Shown here: positions 18,820 to 29,594 of the stretch, in pieces
How the letters are laid out: every line of letters starts with the position of its first letter
How positions within the stretch are numbered: the stretch's first letter is position 1
NCBI GenBank assembly: GCA_040377305.1
Contig: JBEIPA010000007.1
Coordinates: 64,001 to 128,000 of the forward strand
Direction of reading: 5' to 3'
Origin: Flavobacteriales bacterium
GTDB taxonomy: Bacteria; Bacteroidota; Bacteroidia; Palsa-965
Length of the DNA stretch: 64,000 bases
Made by a program: the position numbers and the translations under genes
The notes under the pieces: model-generated
Told to the model about the DNA's origin: nothing
The model's database searches: none
What the model saw: only the letters and a program-made list of their open reading frames with translations

Positions 18820-21800
18820 TTATCTCATTATGGTTAAAGGTCCGGTGAATACTTCCGGGAACATCGGATCATTCAACTTGATAATGTAGTAGTAAGTTCC
18901 TACCGGCAAATCTTTTCCGTTGTATTGTCCGTCGAATGGCGTGTTGTATCCAACTGAACGGAACAACATGATTCCCCAGCGATCATACACTTCAATTTCG
19001 CATTCAGGGAAGAGGAAGATATTGTCGATTTCCCAAATATCATTCGTTCCATCACCGTTCGGAGTGAATCCGTCAGGGAACCAGATCGACGGAACAATGT
19101 CAAGCACCATGGTATCACTTGCTGTACATCCTGTGCTGTCTGTAACAACGAGAATGTAAGTTGTTGATGTCATTGGTCCAGCGACAGGATTTCCGGTTGA
19201 AGGATCACCAAGTCCTGTTGAAGGTCCCCATGCGAATGTTGCACCACCCGGTCCGGCAGGAGTGCCACCAATTGTTGTGGTAGTTCCCTGCAGGATTGAT
19301 TGATCAGGACCTGCATCTGCGAGCGGTTGAGGTAATGATGTAACAAGAACGGTGTCTGTATCGGTACATCCGTTGTTGTTTACAGTGAGAATGTACGTGT
19401 TCACACCTGTTGTTGGAGCAACAGTTGTGGTTACGGAAGAACCTACAATGTTACCTGCAAGATCTGTCCACGTGTAGGTGAGTGCATTCGCGCTGAGACT
19501 GCCGTCAAGAAGAATTTGTCCTGCTACACAAGCAGAAGTGTCGTTACCCGCATCCGCAAAGATTGTTGTTTGCGCACCCACAACAATAGTGTCGAGCGTT
19601 GAACAACCATTTGCATCCGTGATCAACACGGTGTAAGAACCGGAAATAACTCCTGTTACATCTTCCGTTGCTGCGGTGAATGGTGCAGGGCCAGTCCATA
19701 CAAACGTGTATGGTGTTGCTCCACCAGAAACAGTGATGTCAATTGATCCGTCAGGAGAATTGTTACACAATGCGTCGACTACAACCGGTGCTCCGAGTAC
19801 GAGTACATTCGGAGATACAATTGAATCGCTGGTTGTAGTTGTACAACCGTTTGCATCTGTGATCGTGCACGTGTAACCCATGCTGCACAAGTTGATCGCA
19901 GTCTGAGTTGTTTGTGCCGTTGGATTCCATACATACGTGTAAGGCAATGTTCCTCCTGATGCAAGAGCCATGATTGATCCATCGCAAGCACCTGTACACA
20001 TTTCTGCTGTTGTGAATGGGAATGATGTTGCAAGTTGTGATGGCTGACCAATATTTACTGCGCCAGTGCTTATACATCCATTCACGTCAGTGACCTGAAT
20101 GAAATATGTTCCCGGACATAATCCGTTTGCGGTATCAATGGTTGCTCCCGTGCTCCAGTTGTATGTGAATGGACCTGCACCACCGGTTACAGTTACATAA
20201 CCTTGTCCGTTACAATCGCCGAAGCAAACAACATTCGAAGCGGATGTGTTCATTACGACACTGGAATTCACATTGCTGATCGGAATCACAACGTTGCGCG
20301 TGCATCCGGTAGCATCAGTAATTGTCACGGTGTAGAGTCCTGCACACAATCCTGTGATCGTAGAAGTAGTTTGTCCACCAGGAGCCCACAGATAGGTGTA
20401 AGGACCTGTGCCGCCCGACGGATTCAACGAGATTTGTCCTAAACAGAATCCGCAATCCGTATTTATGATTGTCTGGTTTGCGATGATTTGCGTTGGAGAA
20501 GAAATCACTGCGCTGTCGGTGAACACGCATCCTGCAGAATCCATAATCTGCACATAATACGTTCCGGCAGCTAATCCATTCACAGTTGAAGTTGTTTGTG
20601 CTCCCGGAACCCAGAGGTACGTGTAAGGTGGAATACCTCCAACAGGATTTACAATTGCAGTTCCATCATTCGCTCCAAAGCAAGTAACGTCTGTCGTAAC
20701 TAATCCGGAAGAAGTAACACCACCTGAAGAAGGAACTGCGATGGAGAATGTATTTGTGCATCCGGTTCCATCTGTAATCACAACAGAGTAAACACCCGCA
20801 CACAATCCACCTGGACTCGAACTGGTCGATCCGTTACTCCACAAATACGTGTAAGGAGGAACACCACCGCTTGCATTAAGTGTAATGTTTCCGTTGCATT
20901 GGCCACACGTGGTAGGAATCACCGCTGGGTTTATAACAATTGCACTCGGTTGTGAGATAGTAACTGTTGATGTTGCCGAACATCCTGCAGCATCACTCAC
21001 CATAACCTGATAAGTACCGATGCACAATCCTGTTGCAGTTGAAGAATTTTGTCCGAGCGGATCGTTCCACTGATAAGTGAACGGAGCCATGCCCGATGAA
21101 ATGTTCACCGTTGCCCATCCGTCGCATACGGCATTGCACGTTGGACCAGAAGCGAGTGTAGACGCGGTGAGTGTATTCCATGCACCAATGGAGATTGTAT
21201 CAATCTGGGTACAACCTGAAGCGTCTGTTATAGTGAGTGTATATGAACCAACCGCTTGTCCTACAATAGTAGCAGTAGTTTGTCCGCCCGGCATCCACAA
21301 GTAACTGTAAGGGCCGGTTCCTCCGCTAGGATTTGCAGTTGCACTTCCATCGGAAACTCCGTTGCAGGATGCATTCGACACAAACACATTAGCCAGAATT
21401 TGCGGAGGACTTGTAATTGTTACGGGAGCAAAACGAATACATGCGTTCGAGTCAGTCATCTGAAGGAAGTAGTTTCCACCACACATACCTGCAAGAATGT
21501 TTGTTGTCTGTCCTCCCGGATTCCAGAGGTAAGTGTAAGGAGAAGTTCCACCGACAGGAGTTACGTTCGCGGTACCGTCACAAATATTCGGACACGAAGT
21601 TCCTGTGGTGATTACGTTTTCACCTGTTGGTCCACCGCTGTTGTTCATCGCAATTACAAATGTGTCCTGACAACCGAGAGCATCCGTTACCGTTACTGTG
21701 TAAAGTCCGGCACAAACATTCACCTGGTTAGCTACCGGAGGCAATCCCCCTGTCCACGCGTACGTGTAAGGCGCAGCGCCACCACTCGGTGAAACGTTCA

Positions 21801-24800
21801 TCGTTCCATTGCACACTCCACAATTTGCAGGAGCACTTGCAACACTGAGCGAAAATGAAGCAGCAGGGGTTACAGTTACGACCTGAACGTCGGTACAACC
21901 ATTCGCATCACGAACCGTTACGGTATACGTGCCTGAAGAAATTCCGGAAATCGTTGACGTTGTTTGTCCACCAGGAGCCCACAGGTACTGATAAGGACCG
22001 GTACCACCAACAGGAGTAGCGGTTGCTGTTCCGTCTGCGCCACCTCCGCAAGACGGCGATGTGAATGACGTATTCGCCTGCAATAAACTCGGTGAAGTTA
22101 TTGTTGCGGTGTTCGTTTGAATACAACCGTTGTTGTCTGTAACTGTTACTGTGTATCCACCCGAACATAAACCAGTTGCTGTGATTGCAGTTCCGCCAGA
22201 TGGAGACCAGTTGTATGTGTAACCCGGAGCACCACCTGATGGATTCACAGATGCAAATCCATCACAAGAACCAAAGCAGCTTACCGGAGCAGCACCCATA
22301 CTCAATACCATGGATGTTGGTTGCAGAATTGTAACTGAATTTACAATCTGACATCCGTTCGAATCTGTTGAAGTAATACTATACGCACCCGCACACAATC
22401 CGTTTACAGCTGGTGTTGTTTGTCCGCCGGGGGACCACATGTACAAGTAACCCGGTACACCGCCAGTTACTGTTGTTCCTGCAGTTCCGTCGCAGTTTCC
22501 ATTGCACAATGCATCTGTGGAAGAAACGCTTTGCTGCAACGCTGGTGGTTCTGTAATTGTAACTGAATCAACATTGGTACAACCGTTGATGTCGCTTACG
22601 TTTAACGTGTAGGTGCCCGGACACAAATTCACGATCGAAGAAACAATCGGACCTGCTGACCAGATGTAAGAGAACGGTGCCGAACCACCCGTGATCGTTG
22701 ATATTGCTGTTCCGTTACACTGTGCATTACACACAATGTTGGTTGAAGTAATGTTCAGCAACATCGGTGCGGGTTCAGTAATTGTCACCGTAATTGTTTC
22801 TGTGCAACCGTTGGCATCCGTAACAGTAACCGTATATGATCCGGCGCACTGTGCAGAAATTGTCTGTGTTGTTTGTCCACCTGGCATCCAGAGGAATGTA
22901 TATCCTGCTGTTCCGCCGGTTACAGTTACTGTTGCAGATCCGTCGCAAACCGCATTACAACTACACCCTGTTGGAAATCCTACAACTTGAATTGCCGGAG
23001 GATCAGTAATAATAATCTGATCGAATGTGATACAACCTACTGCATCTGTGACCTGAACAAAAATTGTATCAGCGCAAATTCCGGTTACCGCTGGAGTTCC
23101 ATCACCTGTTGGATTTCCCGGTAGCCAATCGTAACTGAATGGTCCAGCTCCGCCCGTAACAACTGTTGTTGCTGTTCCGTCGCAGGTGCTGTCGCAAGTT
23201 GCATTCGTACTCGATGAACTCAGAGTTGGTCCGTTAATGTTGCTGACTGCGAATTGGGTGTTTGTTGCGCAACCGGTTGAGTCCGTAATTGTAACCGTAT
23301 AAATTCCCGGACACAAGTTGGTGATGCCCGACGTTGTTGCTGCACTCGGACTCCATGAATAGGTGAGAGGTCCTGATCCTCCCGACGCGGTAGTAGAAAT
23401 TGTTCCGTCGCACAATGTACAATTCGCATCGGTAACACTTCCGTTTGCGGTAATCAGTGTGGGTTCTGTTATCGTTACAATGATTGTTGTATCACACGAA
23501 AGCGAATCGTTGATAGTACACGTGTAAGAGCCCGCACATTGGTTTGTGATTGTTTGTGTAGTTTGTCCACCCGGCAGCCAGAGATACGTGTACGAACCTG
23601 TTCCGCCAATTGCACTTGCGCTTGCGGTTCCGTCACACAATGAATTACAGCTCACGTTAGTTGTAGCACCGGTCACAACAAGTTGCGGTGGATTGTTGAA
23701 TGTAATTTGTGTTGTGCTGAAACATCCGTTGGCATCAGTTGCAGTTACTGTCCAGGTTCCCGCACAAAGACCAGTGATGTTTTGTGTTGTGAAGTTTCCA
23801 GGCTGCCACAAATAGGTATATGGATTTGCTCCGCCTGAAGCATTCGCGCTTGCTACTGCATCACAAACGCCGAAACAACTTGGTGTGCTTCCCGAACTGG
23901 TAATTGTAATATTTACAACCTGAGTAATTGTGACAGAAGCTGTAGTTGTACAACCTTGCGCATCGGTGACTGTACACGTGTACGTTCCTAAACACAAATT
24001 TGTTGCTGTTGGATTTGTTCCACCAGCAGGCGACCAGAAATAGGCATACGGAGAAGTTCCGCCCGCCACATTTACAGATGCGGAACCTGTACACAATCCG
24101 CAGCTCGATGAAGTTGCAGTTACAGCTGCAGAAAGTGGCTGTGGTTGTGTAATGCTTATGATGCTTTGTTGTGTACAGCCATTAGCGTCGGTCACGGTGA
24201 GCGTATAGGATCCTGCACACAATCCGGAAACGTTTTGTGTGGTGAGAGAGCCCGGCATCCACAAATAGCTGTAAGGACCTGTTCCGCCCGCAGGGTTTGC
24301 ATTCGCAGTTCCGTTACAAACTCCGGAACAACTTGCGTTCACCGATGTAACGTTGTTAGCAATCGCCTGTGGTTCGGTGATGGTGATGGTAACACTTCCT
24401 GTACAGCCGAGTGCGTCTGTAATCAAACACGTGTACGTTCCCGCACATTGGTTCGTAATTCCTGGTGTGGTTTGTCCACCCGGCGACCACACGTATGTGT
24501 AAGCAGGTGTTCCGCCCGATGCAGATACAGAAGCCGCACCGTTGCACAAACCATTACACGTTACATCAGTAACTGATTGTTGAATGGTAAGCGCTGTTGG
24601 TTGAGTGATCGTAACGTTTGCCTGCGCGGTACATCCGTTTGCATCTGTTACGGTTACTGTGTAAGAGCCTGCACATTGATTGGTAATTGCTGCTGTTGTT
24701 TGGTTGCCTGGATTCCATAAGTATGTATACGCAGCCGTACCACCGGAAACGTTTGCAGAAAGTGTCGCGTTACATACGCTGTTACACGTCAGGTTGCTTG

Positions 24801-27135
24801 CGTTGAGTGTTACTGCAAGTACGTTCGGTTCTGTGATTACCACCGTTGAGTTGCGCGTACATCCGTTCGCATCTGTAACTGTTAGCGTGTATGAACCGGC
24901 ACACAATCCGGTGATCGAGGAAGTAGTTTGTCCACCGGGCATCCATAGGTAAGTGTAACCCGGAGTTCCTCCAGTAGGACTTGAGTTTGCTGTTCCATTG
25001 CATTGTCCAAAACACAAAACGTCTGTACTCGTTACACCCGTTTGCAGTTGTTGCGGTTGTGTGATGATGGCGGTGCCTGTTGCAGTACAACCATTGAGGT
25101 CAGTAACTGTGACTGTATAATTACCCGGGCAAAGCGGAGTAGTAGTGGAACCTGTTCCACCTGACGCTGCCCATGAATAAGTATATCCTGGAGTTCCACC
25201 TGATGGTGTACTTGTTCCTGTTCCGTTACATGCACCAAAACAGGTTACATCAATATCAGTTACGTTAGCAAGAAGTACTGGCGGCTCGGTAATTAATACT
25301 TGTCCCTGCACAGTGCATCCGTTGTTGTCTGTTACAACTACCGTGTAAGTTCCCGGACATAAATTGGAAGCAGTTGGACCTGTTCCACCCACAGGTGACC
25401 ATAGATAGGTGTACGGCGCGCTTCCGCCAGAAGCATTTGCTGCTGCAGTTCCGTTACATGCACCGTTGCACGTAATGTTTGTTCCGGTAGGAGTTACGTT
25501 GAGCGGAAAAGGTTCGCTTACTACTACAGTTCGTGTCGCAGTACAACCATTCGCATCAGTAACCGTTAATGTGTATGAACCTGCGCACAAACCGGAGATG
25601 TTCGGCGTAGTTTGCAATCCGGGTAACCAGAGATAGGTGTAGCCTGGAGTTCCACCTGATGCAGCGGTTGTAATTGATCCATCGCATACACCGAAACATG
25701 AAGCATTGATCACTGTATTTTGAGCAGTGAGCAGTGGGGGTTCGGTGATCTGAACGGAATACGTTGCTGTACAACCATTGTTATCCGTCACGGTGCAGGT
25801 GTGTGTACTCGGACAAAGGTTGATAATGGAGTTAGCTGTTGATCCGCTTGGTGACCACGAGAAAGTATAGCCCGGAGTTGCACCTGATGGAGCAACACTT
25901 GCAGTGCCGTCGCAAGCACCAAAGCAAGTAACCATTGATGCACTTCCATTTGGTTGCAATGCACTAGGTTGAACAATTACAGAGTTCTGCGTTCGCGTAC
26001 AACCGTTGATATCGGTAACCATGAGTGTGTACGTTCCCGCACACTGAGCAGTAATTGCCGGAGTGGTTTGGTTACCTGGCGACCAGAGATAGGTATATCC
26101 GGGAGTTCCGCCTGCTACTGAAGCAGAACTGGAACCATCACAAAACCCGTTACACGTTGGTTGCGTATTCGAGAAGAAAATTACAAGCGGAGGAGGATCT
26201 GTTACAATTGCGAATGCAGGAACCTGTGATCCATCCGACATGTCCGTAACAACAACAAGATATGTTCCTGCACAAAGACCAGTTGCCGTTGGACCTGTTT
26301 GAACAGGAACAGTACTCCACTGGTAAGTGAATGGACCCACACCACCTGTTACAACCGCAGTTGCTGTTGCGAAACAATCGCCATTGCATGCATTGGGAAC
26401 AACAACAGTGGTTACCGTGTGAGCAAGTACAGTTTGATTGTTTCCTCCAATGCGTTGCGCGTCGAGATCTGCATTCGCTGTGATGAAGGATGAATTTGGT
26501 GAGTACACAACATCCGGGTAAGCGGTTTTGTTGGAACTGACAGAAGCAACTTTTGCATTTTCACTGAGGTATAAAGTTGCGCGATCACTAATTTCAATTG
26601 TATTGTTCACATACAATGAATGTGAAACCATGTAACTGTTCACGTTCTGGTTCTTTGCGTGTCCACCAATAACCACTTTGCCCGAGAACACGTGGCCGTT
26701 GGTATTTATCAGAGGCAGTCGGCTGTCATATGCAATGGAATTTTCATTGTAGAAATACCATGTGCCCGTGAACAAATCAGGAAAACGGTTTCCACACGTT
26801 AAGTCGCCATGGATGTTAATGGTACCAATGCCTTTTAATGCAAGAGGGCTGACGGATGCACCACCTGCGTTAGGAGCTTCCACGTTGAGTGAAAGATTGT
26901 TGCAATCGACCTCCGTGTTGATGAAAATGGTATCAGGAGTGCGTGTATAGATTTGCTGACCGATGAAGACATTATCTTCTAAACCCGGAATCCCAACACC
27001 ACCCGTTCCGTTTTTTTCAAGGGACCAATTCGCTGCATCATTCCAGTTACCGGAGTTGCCAACCCAGTAAAAATCTCTGCCGTACGCAAATACAGACAAG
27101 CCAAGCAGCAGAAAGAAAAGTAAACGCTGTTTCAA
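18820..27135 (-). CDS. Giant SprB-repeat adhesin with gliding-motility-associated (T9SS type-B) CTD
   Basis: About 30 Cys-containing SprB repeats (CxGxCxG..GGTxPYTYxW..LCAGxYTxTVTDANGC) and the CTD FTPNGDGTND..YDRWG..GTYYYI. Likely start is TTG at 27135 (MKQRLLFFLLLGLSVFAYG) rather than 27327. Confidence 0.92.
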   Translation of the reverse strand: MKQRLLFFLLLGLSVFAYGRDFYWVGNSGNWNDAANWSLEKNGTGGVGIPGLEDNVFIGQQIYTRTPDTIFINTEVDCNNLSLNVEAPNAGGASVSPLALKGIGTINIHGDLTCGNRFPDLFTGTWYFYNENSIAYDSRLPLINTNGHVFSGKVVIGGHAKNQNVNSYMVSHSLYVNNTIEISDRATLYLSENAKVASVSSNKTAYPDVVYSPNSSFITANADLDAQRIGGNNQTVLAHTVTTVVVPNACNGDCFATATAVVTGGVGPFTYQWSTVPVQTGPTATGLCAGTYLVVVTDMSDGSQVPAFAIVTDPPPLVIFFSNTQPTCNGFCDGSSSASVAGGTPGYTYLWSPGNQTTPAITAQCAGTYTLMVTDINGCTRTQNSVIVQPSALQPNGSASMVTCFGACDGTASVAPSGATPGYTFSWSPSGSTANSIINLCPSTHTCTVTDNNGCTATYSVQITEPPLLTAQNTVINASCFGVCDGSITTAASGGTPGYTYLWLPGLQTTPNISGLCAGSYTLTVTDANGCTATRTVVVSEPFPLNVTPTGTNITCNGACNGTAAANASGGSAPYTYLWSPVGGTGPTASNLCPGTYTVVVTDNNGCTVQGQVLITEPPVLLANVTDIDVTCFGACNGTGTSTPSGGTPGYTYSWAASGGTGSTTTPLCPGNYTVTVTDLNGCTATGTAIITQPQQLQTGVTSTDVLCFGQCNGTANSSPTGGTPGYTYLWMPGGQTTSSITGLCAGSYTLTVTDANGCTRNSTVVITEPNVLAVTLNASNLTCNSVCNATLSANVSGGTAAYTYLWNPGNQTTAAITNQCAGSYTVTVTDANGCTAQANVTITQPTALTIQQSVTDVTCNGLCNGAASVSASGGTPAYTYVWSPGGQTTPGITNQCAGTYTCLITDALGCTGSVTITITEPQAIANNVTSVNASCSGVCNGTANANPAGGTGPYSYLWMPGSLTTQNVSGLCAGSYTLTVTDANGCTQQSIISITQPQPLSAAVTATSSSCGLCTGSASVNVAGGTSPYAYFWSPAGGTNPTATNLCLGTYTCTVTDAQGCTTTASVTITQVVNITITSSGSTPSCFGVCDAVASANASGGANPYTYLWQPGNFTTQNITGLCAGTWTVTATDANGCFSTTQITFNNPPQLVVTGATTNVSCNSLCDGTASASAIGGTGSYTYLWLPGGQTTQTITNQCAGSYTCTINDSLSCDTTIIVTITEPTLITANGSVTDANCTLCDGTISTTASGGSGPLTYSWSPSAATTSGITNLCPGIYTVTITDSTGCATNTQFAVSNINGPTLSSSSTNATCDSTCDGTATTVVTGGAGPFSYDWLPGNPTGDGTPAVTGICADTIFVQVTDAVGCITFDQIIITDPPAIQVVGFPTGCSCNAVCDGSATVTVTGGTAGYTFLWMPGGQTTQTISAQCAGSYTVTVTDANGCTETITVTITEPAPMLLNITSTNIVCNAQCNGTAISTITGGSAPFSYIWSAGPIVSSIVNLCPGTYTLNVSDINGCTNVDSVTITEPPALQQSVSSTDALCNGNCDGTAGTTVTGGVPGYLYMWSPGGQTTPAVNGLCAGAYSITSTDSNGCQIVNSVTILQPTSMVLSMGAAPVSCFGSCDGFASVNPSGGAPGYTYNWSPSGGTAITATGLCSGGYTVTVTDNNGCIQTNTATITSPSLLQANTSFTSPSCGGGADGTATATPVGGTGPYQYLWAPGGQTTSTISGISSGTYTVTVRDANGCTDVQVVTVTPAASFSLSVASAPANCGVCNGTMNVSPSGGAAPYTYAWTGGLPPVANQVNVCAGLYTVTVTDALGCQDTFVIAMNNSGGPTGENVITTGTSCPNICDGTANVTPVGGTSPYTYLWNPGGQTTNILAGMCGGNYFLQMTDSNACIRFAPVTITSPPQILANVFVSNASCNGVSDGSATANPSGGTGPYSYLWMPGGQTTATIVGQAVGSYTLTITDASGCTQIDTISIGAWNTLTASTLASGPTCNAVCDGWATVNISSGMAPFTYQWNDPLGQNSSTATGLCIGTYQVMVSDAAGCSATSTVTISQPSAIVINPAVIPTTCGQCNGNITLNASGGVPPYTYLWSNGSTSSSPGGLCAGVYSVVITDGTGCTNTFSIAVPSSGGVTSSGLVTTDVTCFGANDGTAIVNPVGGIPPYTYLWVPGAQTTSTVNGLAAGTYYVQIMDSAGCVFTDSAVISSPTQIIANQTIINTDCGFCLGQISLNPSGGTGPYTYLWAPGGQTTSTITGLCAGLYTVTITDATGCTRNVVIPISNVNSSVVMNTSASNVVCFGDCNGQGYVTVTGGAGPFTYNWSTGATIDTANGLCPGTYFIQVTDVNGCISTGAVNIGQPSQLATSFPFTTAEMCTGACDGSIMALASGGTLPYTYVWNPTAQTTQTAINLCSMGYTCTITDANGCTTTTSDSIVSPNVLVLGAPVVVDALCNNSPDGSIDITVSGGATPYTFVWTGPAPFTAATEDVTGVISGSYTVLITDANGCSTLDTIVVGAQTTIFADAGNDTSACVAGQILLDGSLSANALTYTWTDLAGNIVGSSVTTTVAPTTGVNTYILTVNNNGCTDTDTVLVTSLPQPLADAGPDQSILQGTTTTIGGTPAGPGGATFAWGPSTGLGDPSTGNPVAGPMTSTTYILVVTDSTGCTASDTMVLDIVPSIWFPDGFTPNGDGTNDIWEIDNIFLFPECEIEVYDRWGIMLFRSVGYNTPFDGQYNGKDLPVGTYYYIIKLNDPMFPEVFTGPLTIMR

Positions 27136-27315
27136 ATGTATTTCGATATGAGGTGTGTGCCGTTTGCCGTAAAGTTCGGATAATGTGGTTCCACCAAAAG
27201 AAGATTCGCGGTTAAACTTTAACAGCGAAATGTGGAAAGTGCTCCAAAGGAGCTCCTTCGTAGCGGGGGTTACCTTTCTTAGCCTAACTTTGTACTCGAA
27301 ATATAGCCAATCTCC

Positions 27316-27522
27316 TTGACAAATCACAGCGAAAACCCAGCGAAAACGTCAGAAATCCGCGTTCTGATCAACATAGACTCACATTTTCTGGACGAGAAGG
27401 AGATCCGTTCTGCTGCACGCTTCGGAAAAGGGACGAAGATATTCCTGAATAACGGGGAAGAAATCGTTGTGAATGTGTCTTATGATCGGGTTGCGGACAT
27501 CCTGAGCAATCTTTCGAAGTAA
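27316..27522 (+). CDS. Small protein (68 aa), possible FlbD/LytTR-like beta module
   Basis: TAACTTTG -7 box at 27285-27292 precedes the TTG start. Pattern TKIFLNNGEEIVVNVSYDRVADIL. Confidence 0.55.
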   Translation: MTNHSENPAKTSEIRVLINIDSHFLDEKEIRSAARFGKGTKIFLNNGEEIVVNVSYDRVADILSNLSK

Positions 27523-27611
27523 GATTTTCAGCTTTAGACGAATACATTCGTTCTACGTTCCGGTCATTTCCTAAATTGCTGTCAAGCTCCGAAGGAGTCA
27601 CATGACAAATA

Positions 27612-28970
27612 ATGACTATGAACAAACTGATACTTTTTTTCTCAGCGATTTTCTTTTCGGTTGTTGCATCTGCACAATCACCGGCTTGCAATGGCGCGGT
27701 TGACCTTAATTCCACCAACGCATTTCAGGGCGCAGCCCAGTCGCCGGATCCGGTTGTAGACTATGGTTGCATTAATACCAACGGACAGTACGTTTGGTAT
27801 GGATACTTTACCGTGTGTTCTCCGGGGAATGTTACTATTTCAACATCAACCGGAAACTCTTCGATTGACGTTGACCTGGTTGTTTGGGGTCCATTTGTGA
27901 CAACGGGAATTTTGTGTTCTCAACTTACAGCGGGAACTGTTGCGGCCTGCGATACCATGGGTGGTAATGGCGAGTCAGTGACATTCAGTGCGCCCATTCA
28001 GGGACTGACGTACATGGTGGCGGTAGTGGCAGACTCCAATCTGTGGGTTCCGTTGTATAACACAGCAGGATCGACTGCGATATTTAACACGCCGTGTTCA
28101 ACCTGGACGAATTGTTTTCCAAATGCCGGATACGAAAGTTTGTGTTATGTAACTGTCGATTCCGCTACACAAGAGTATAAAATGATCTGGAATGAATTGG
28201 CTGGTAATCCCGCTTCACACTTCGGAATTCTCAAAGCAGATTACCTCGGTATTTTCCAGGAGATTGATACAGTTCATGTGACTTCAATGAGTGAATACAT
28301 TGACGTGAGTGCCGACCCCAATGTGCACACGGAGCAATATGCAATTATGACTTACGATACGTGCGGAACATTCTGGCAAGCGAGCGGAACTTATATCCAA
28401 CCTGTATTCTGTCAATCTTCGCTCAGTACGCAGGGAACAGTGAATGTTGCCTGGAGCGGATACTTCGACGGTAACATGAATGGGCCGGCGTATTACGTTG
28501 TGTATCGTGGTGCAACTCCTGCGACTATGGTCTCGATTGATACCGTGGCGAATTTCGTGAATTATTACACCGATGTGAATCCACTGATCGGTACGAGCTA
28601 TTACAAAATCGGTGTGGCCTTGTACGCCGCTTGTGTACCGATGCGATTACAACAAAGCGCACAAACAAATTACTTCGTGCAATCGTTCTCGAATGCTGCT
28701 CCAATCACTGTTGTTGGCATCGGAGAAAATTCTCTGCAGGAAGTTTCTCTGTTCCCGAATCCATCGGATGGAAATATTACTGTGAAAAATCTAAATTCTG
28801 TTTCTACCATGAGAGTTTACGATCTCACAGGAAGAGTGGTTGTTCAGCAACAGCTTCATGCGAATGGAACGCAGCAAGTTTCATTGGAGAATCTTGAGTC
28901 GGGAATGTATTCGTTCACGATTGAGAGCGAGACTGGATTCTTCCGTGAAGAGGTTGTAATACGTCGTTAG
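27612..28970 (+). CDS. T9SS type-A cargo protein (Cys-rich N-terminal domain, Fn3-like modules)
   Basis: Signal peptide, DVDLVVWGPF, CTD LFPNPSDG..YDLTGR..LESGMY. Confidence 0.85.
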   Translation: MTMNKLILFFSAIFFSVVASAQSPACNGAVDLNSTNAFQGAAQSPDPVVDYGCINTNGQYVWYGYFTVCSPGNVTISTSTGNSSIDVDLVVWGPFVTTGILCSQLTAGTVAACDTMGGNGESVTFSAPIQGLTYMVAVVADSNLWVPLYNTAGSTAIFNTPCSTWTNCFPNAGYESLCYVTVDSATQEYKMIWNELAGNPASHFGILKADYLGIFQEIDTVHVTSMSEYIDVSADPNVHTEQYAIMTYDTCGTFWQASGTYIQPVFCQSSLSTQGTVNVAWSGYFDGNMNGPAYYVVYRGATPATMVSIDTVANFVNYYTDVNPLIGTSYYKIGVALYAACVPMRLQQSAQTNYFVQSFSNAAPITVVGIGENSLQEVSLFPNPSDGNITVKNLNSVSTMRVYDLTGRVVVQQQLHANGTQQVSLENLESGMYSFTIESETGFFREEVVIRR

Positions 28971-29584
28971 GCCACCGCGAGGAACGCAAAAATAAATTCA
29001 ACCGTAAATCCGAGTACAAAGCCCACGAGAATTTGCAGTGGTGTATGCGCGTTGAGAATAAGGCGTGCTGTTCCGAGGAGGCCGGCAAGTATAAACCACG
29101 AACACAACCAGACCGGATCGCCTTCCTGCATGAAGTAATAAACTGCAGTGAGCGCGCCACACAATCCGCCCATGCCAATCATGTGCAGGCTGATTTTCCA
29201 TTTGAGATTAATCACCAATGCAAGAATCATTGCTCCCGCTGCTCCAAGTACGAAAACGGAGATGAACATCGGCACGCGTGGGTGGTTCAGTATGAAGTAG
29301 TACGTGAAGAGATAGATTGCTGCCGCCATCAGCAACGGCCAGCTGCGTTCGCGTTTTTCCTCAATGAAAACAGTGGAGACTTTTCCCATGCGCATCATCA
29401 CGAGCACGCTCATGAGCGGAATGAAAAGTGTGAACAGCAAAACGCGCAAAAAAATCTGCATGAACAAACTCGTGTCGCTGAACTGCGCAATGGTCGGGAA
29501 GAGCGAGTAGTAGCACAGTAATCCGAATGTCGGCATCACTAACGGATGCAACACAACAGAAATGACCTGTGATGCTAGACGCAT
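28967..29584 (-). CDS. PAP2-superfamily-like membrane protein
   Basis: Start at MRLASQVISVVLHPL; WKISLHM and ARLILNAHT..QI..G motifs; immediately downstream of rpoN. Confidence 0.75.
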   Translation of the reverse strand: MRLASQVISVVLHPLVMPTFGLLCYYSLFPTIAQFSDTSLFMQIFLRVLLFTLFIPLMSVLVMMRMGKVSTVFIEEKRERSWPLLMAAAIYLFTYYFILNHPRVPMFISVFVLGAAGAMILALVINLKWKISLHMIGMGGLCGALTAVYYFMQEGDPVWLCSWFILAGLLGTARLILNAHTPLQILVGFVLGFTVEFIFAFLAVA

Positions 29585-29594
29585 TCGTACGTCT

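Noticed and set aside
18820-26400. Long regular repeat array that could be mistaken for a CRISPR or DNA repeat locus
   Set aside because: The repeats are in-frame SprB protein repeats, diverged at synonymous sites, with no constant DNA repeat and unique spacers. No cas genes are present.
27136-27327. N-terminal extension of the adhesin ORF (likewise the extensions for sdhB, sdhC, sufE, the PAP2-like and DUF3999-like genes)
   Set aside because: Downstream starts give proper signal peptides or family N-termini and avoid overlap with promoters or neighbouring genes.
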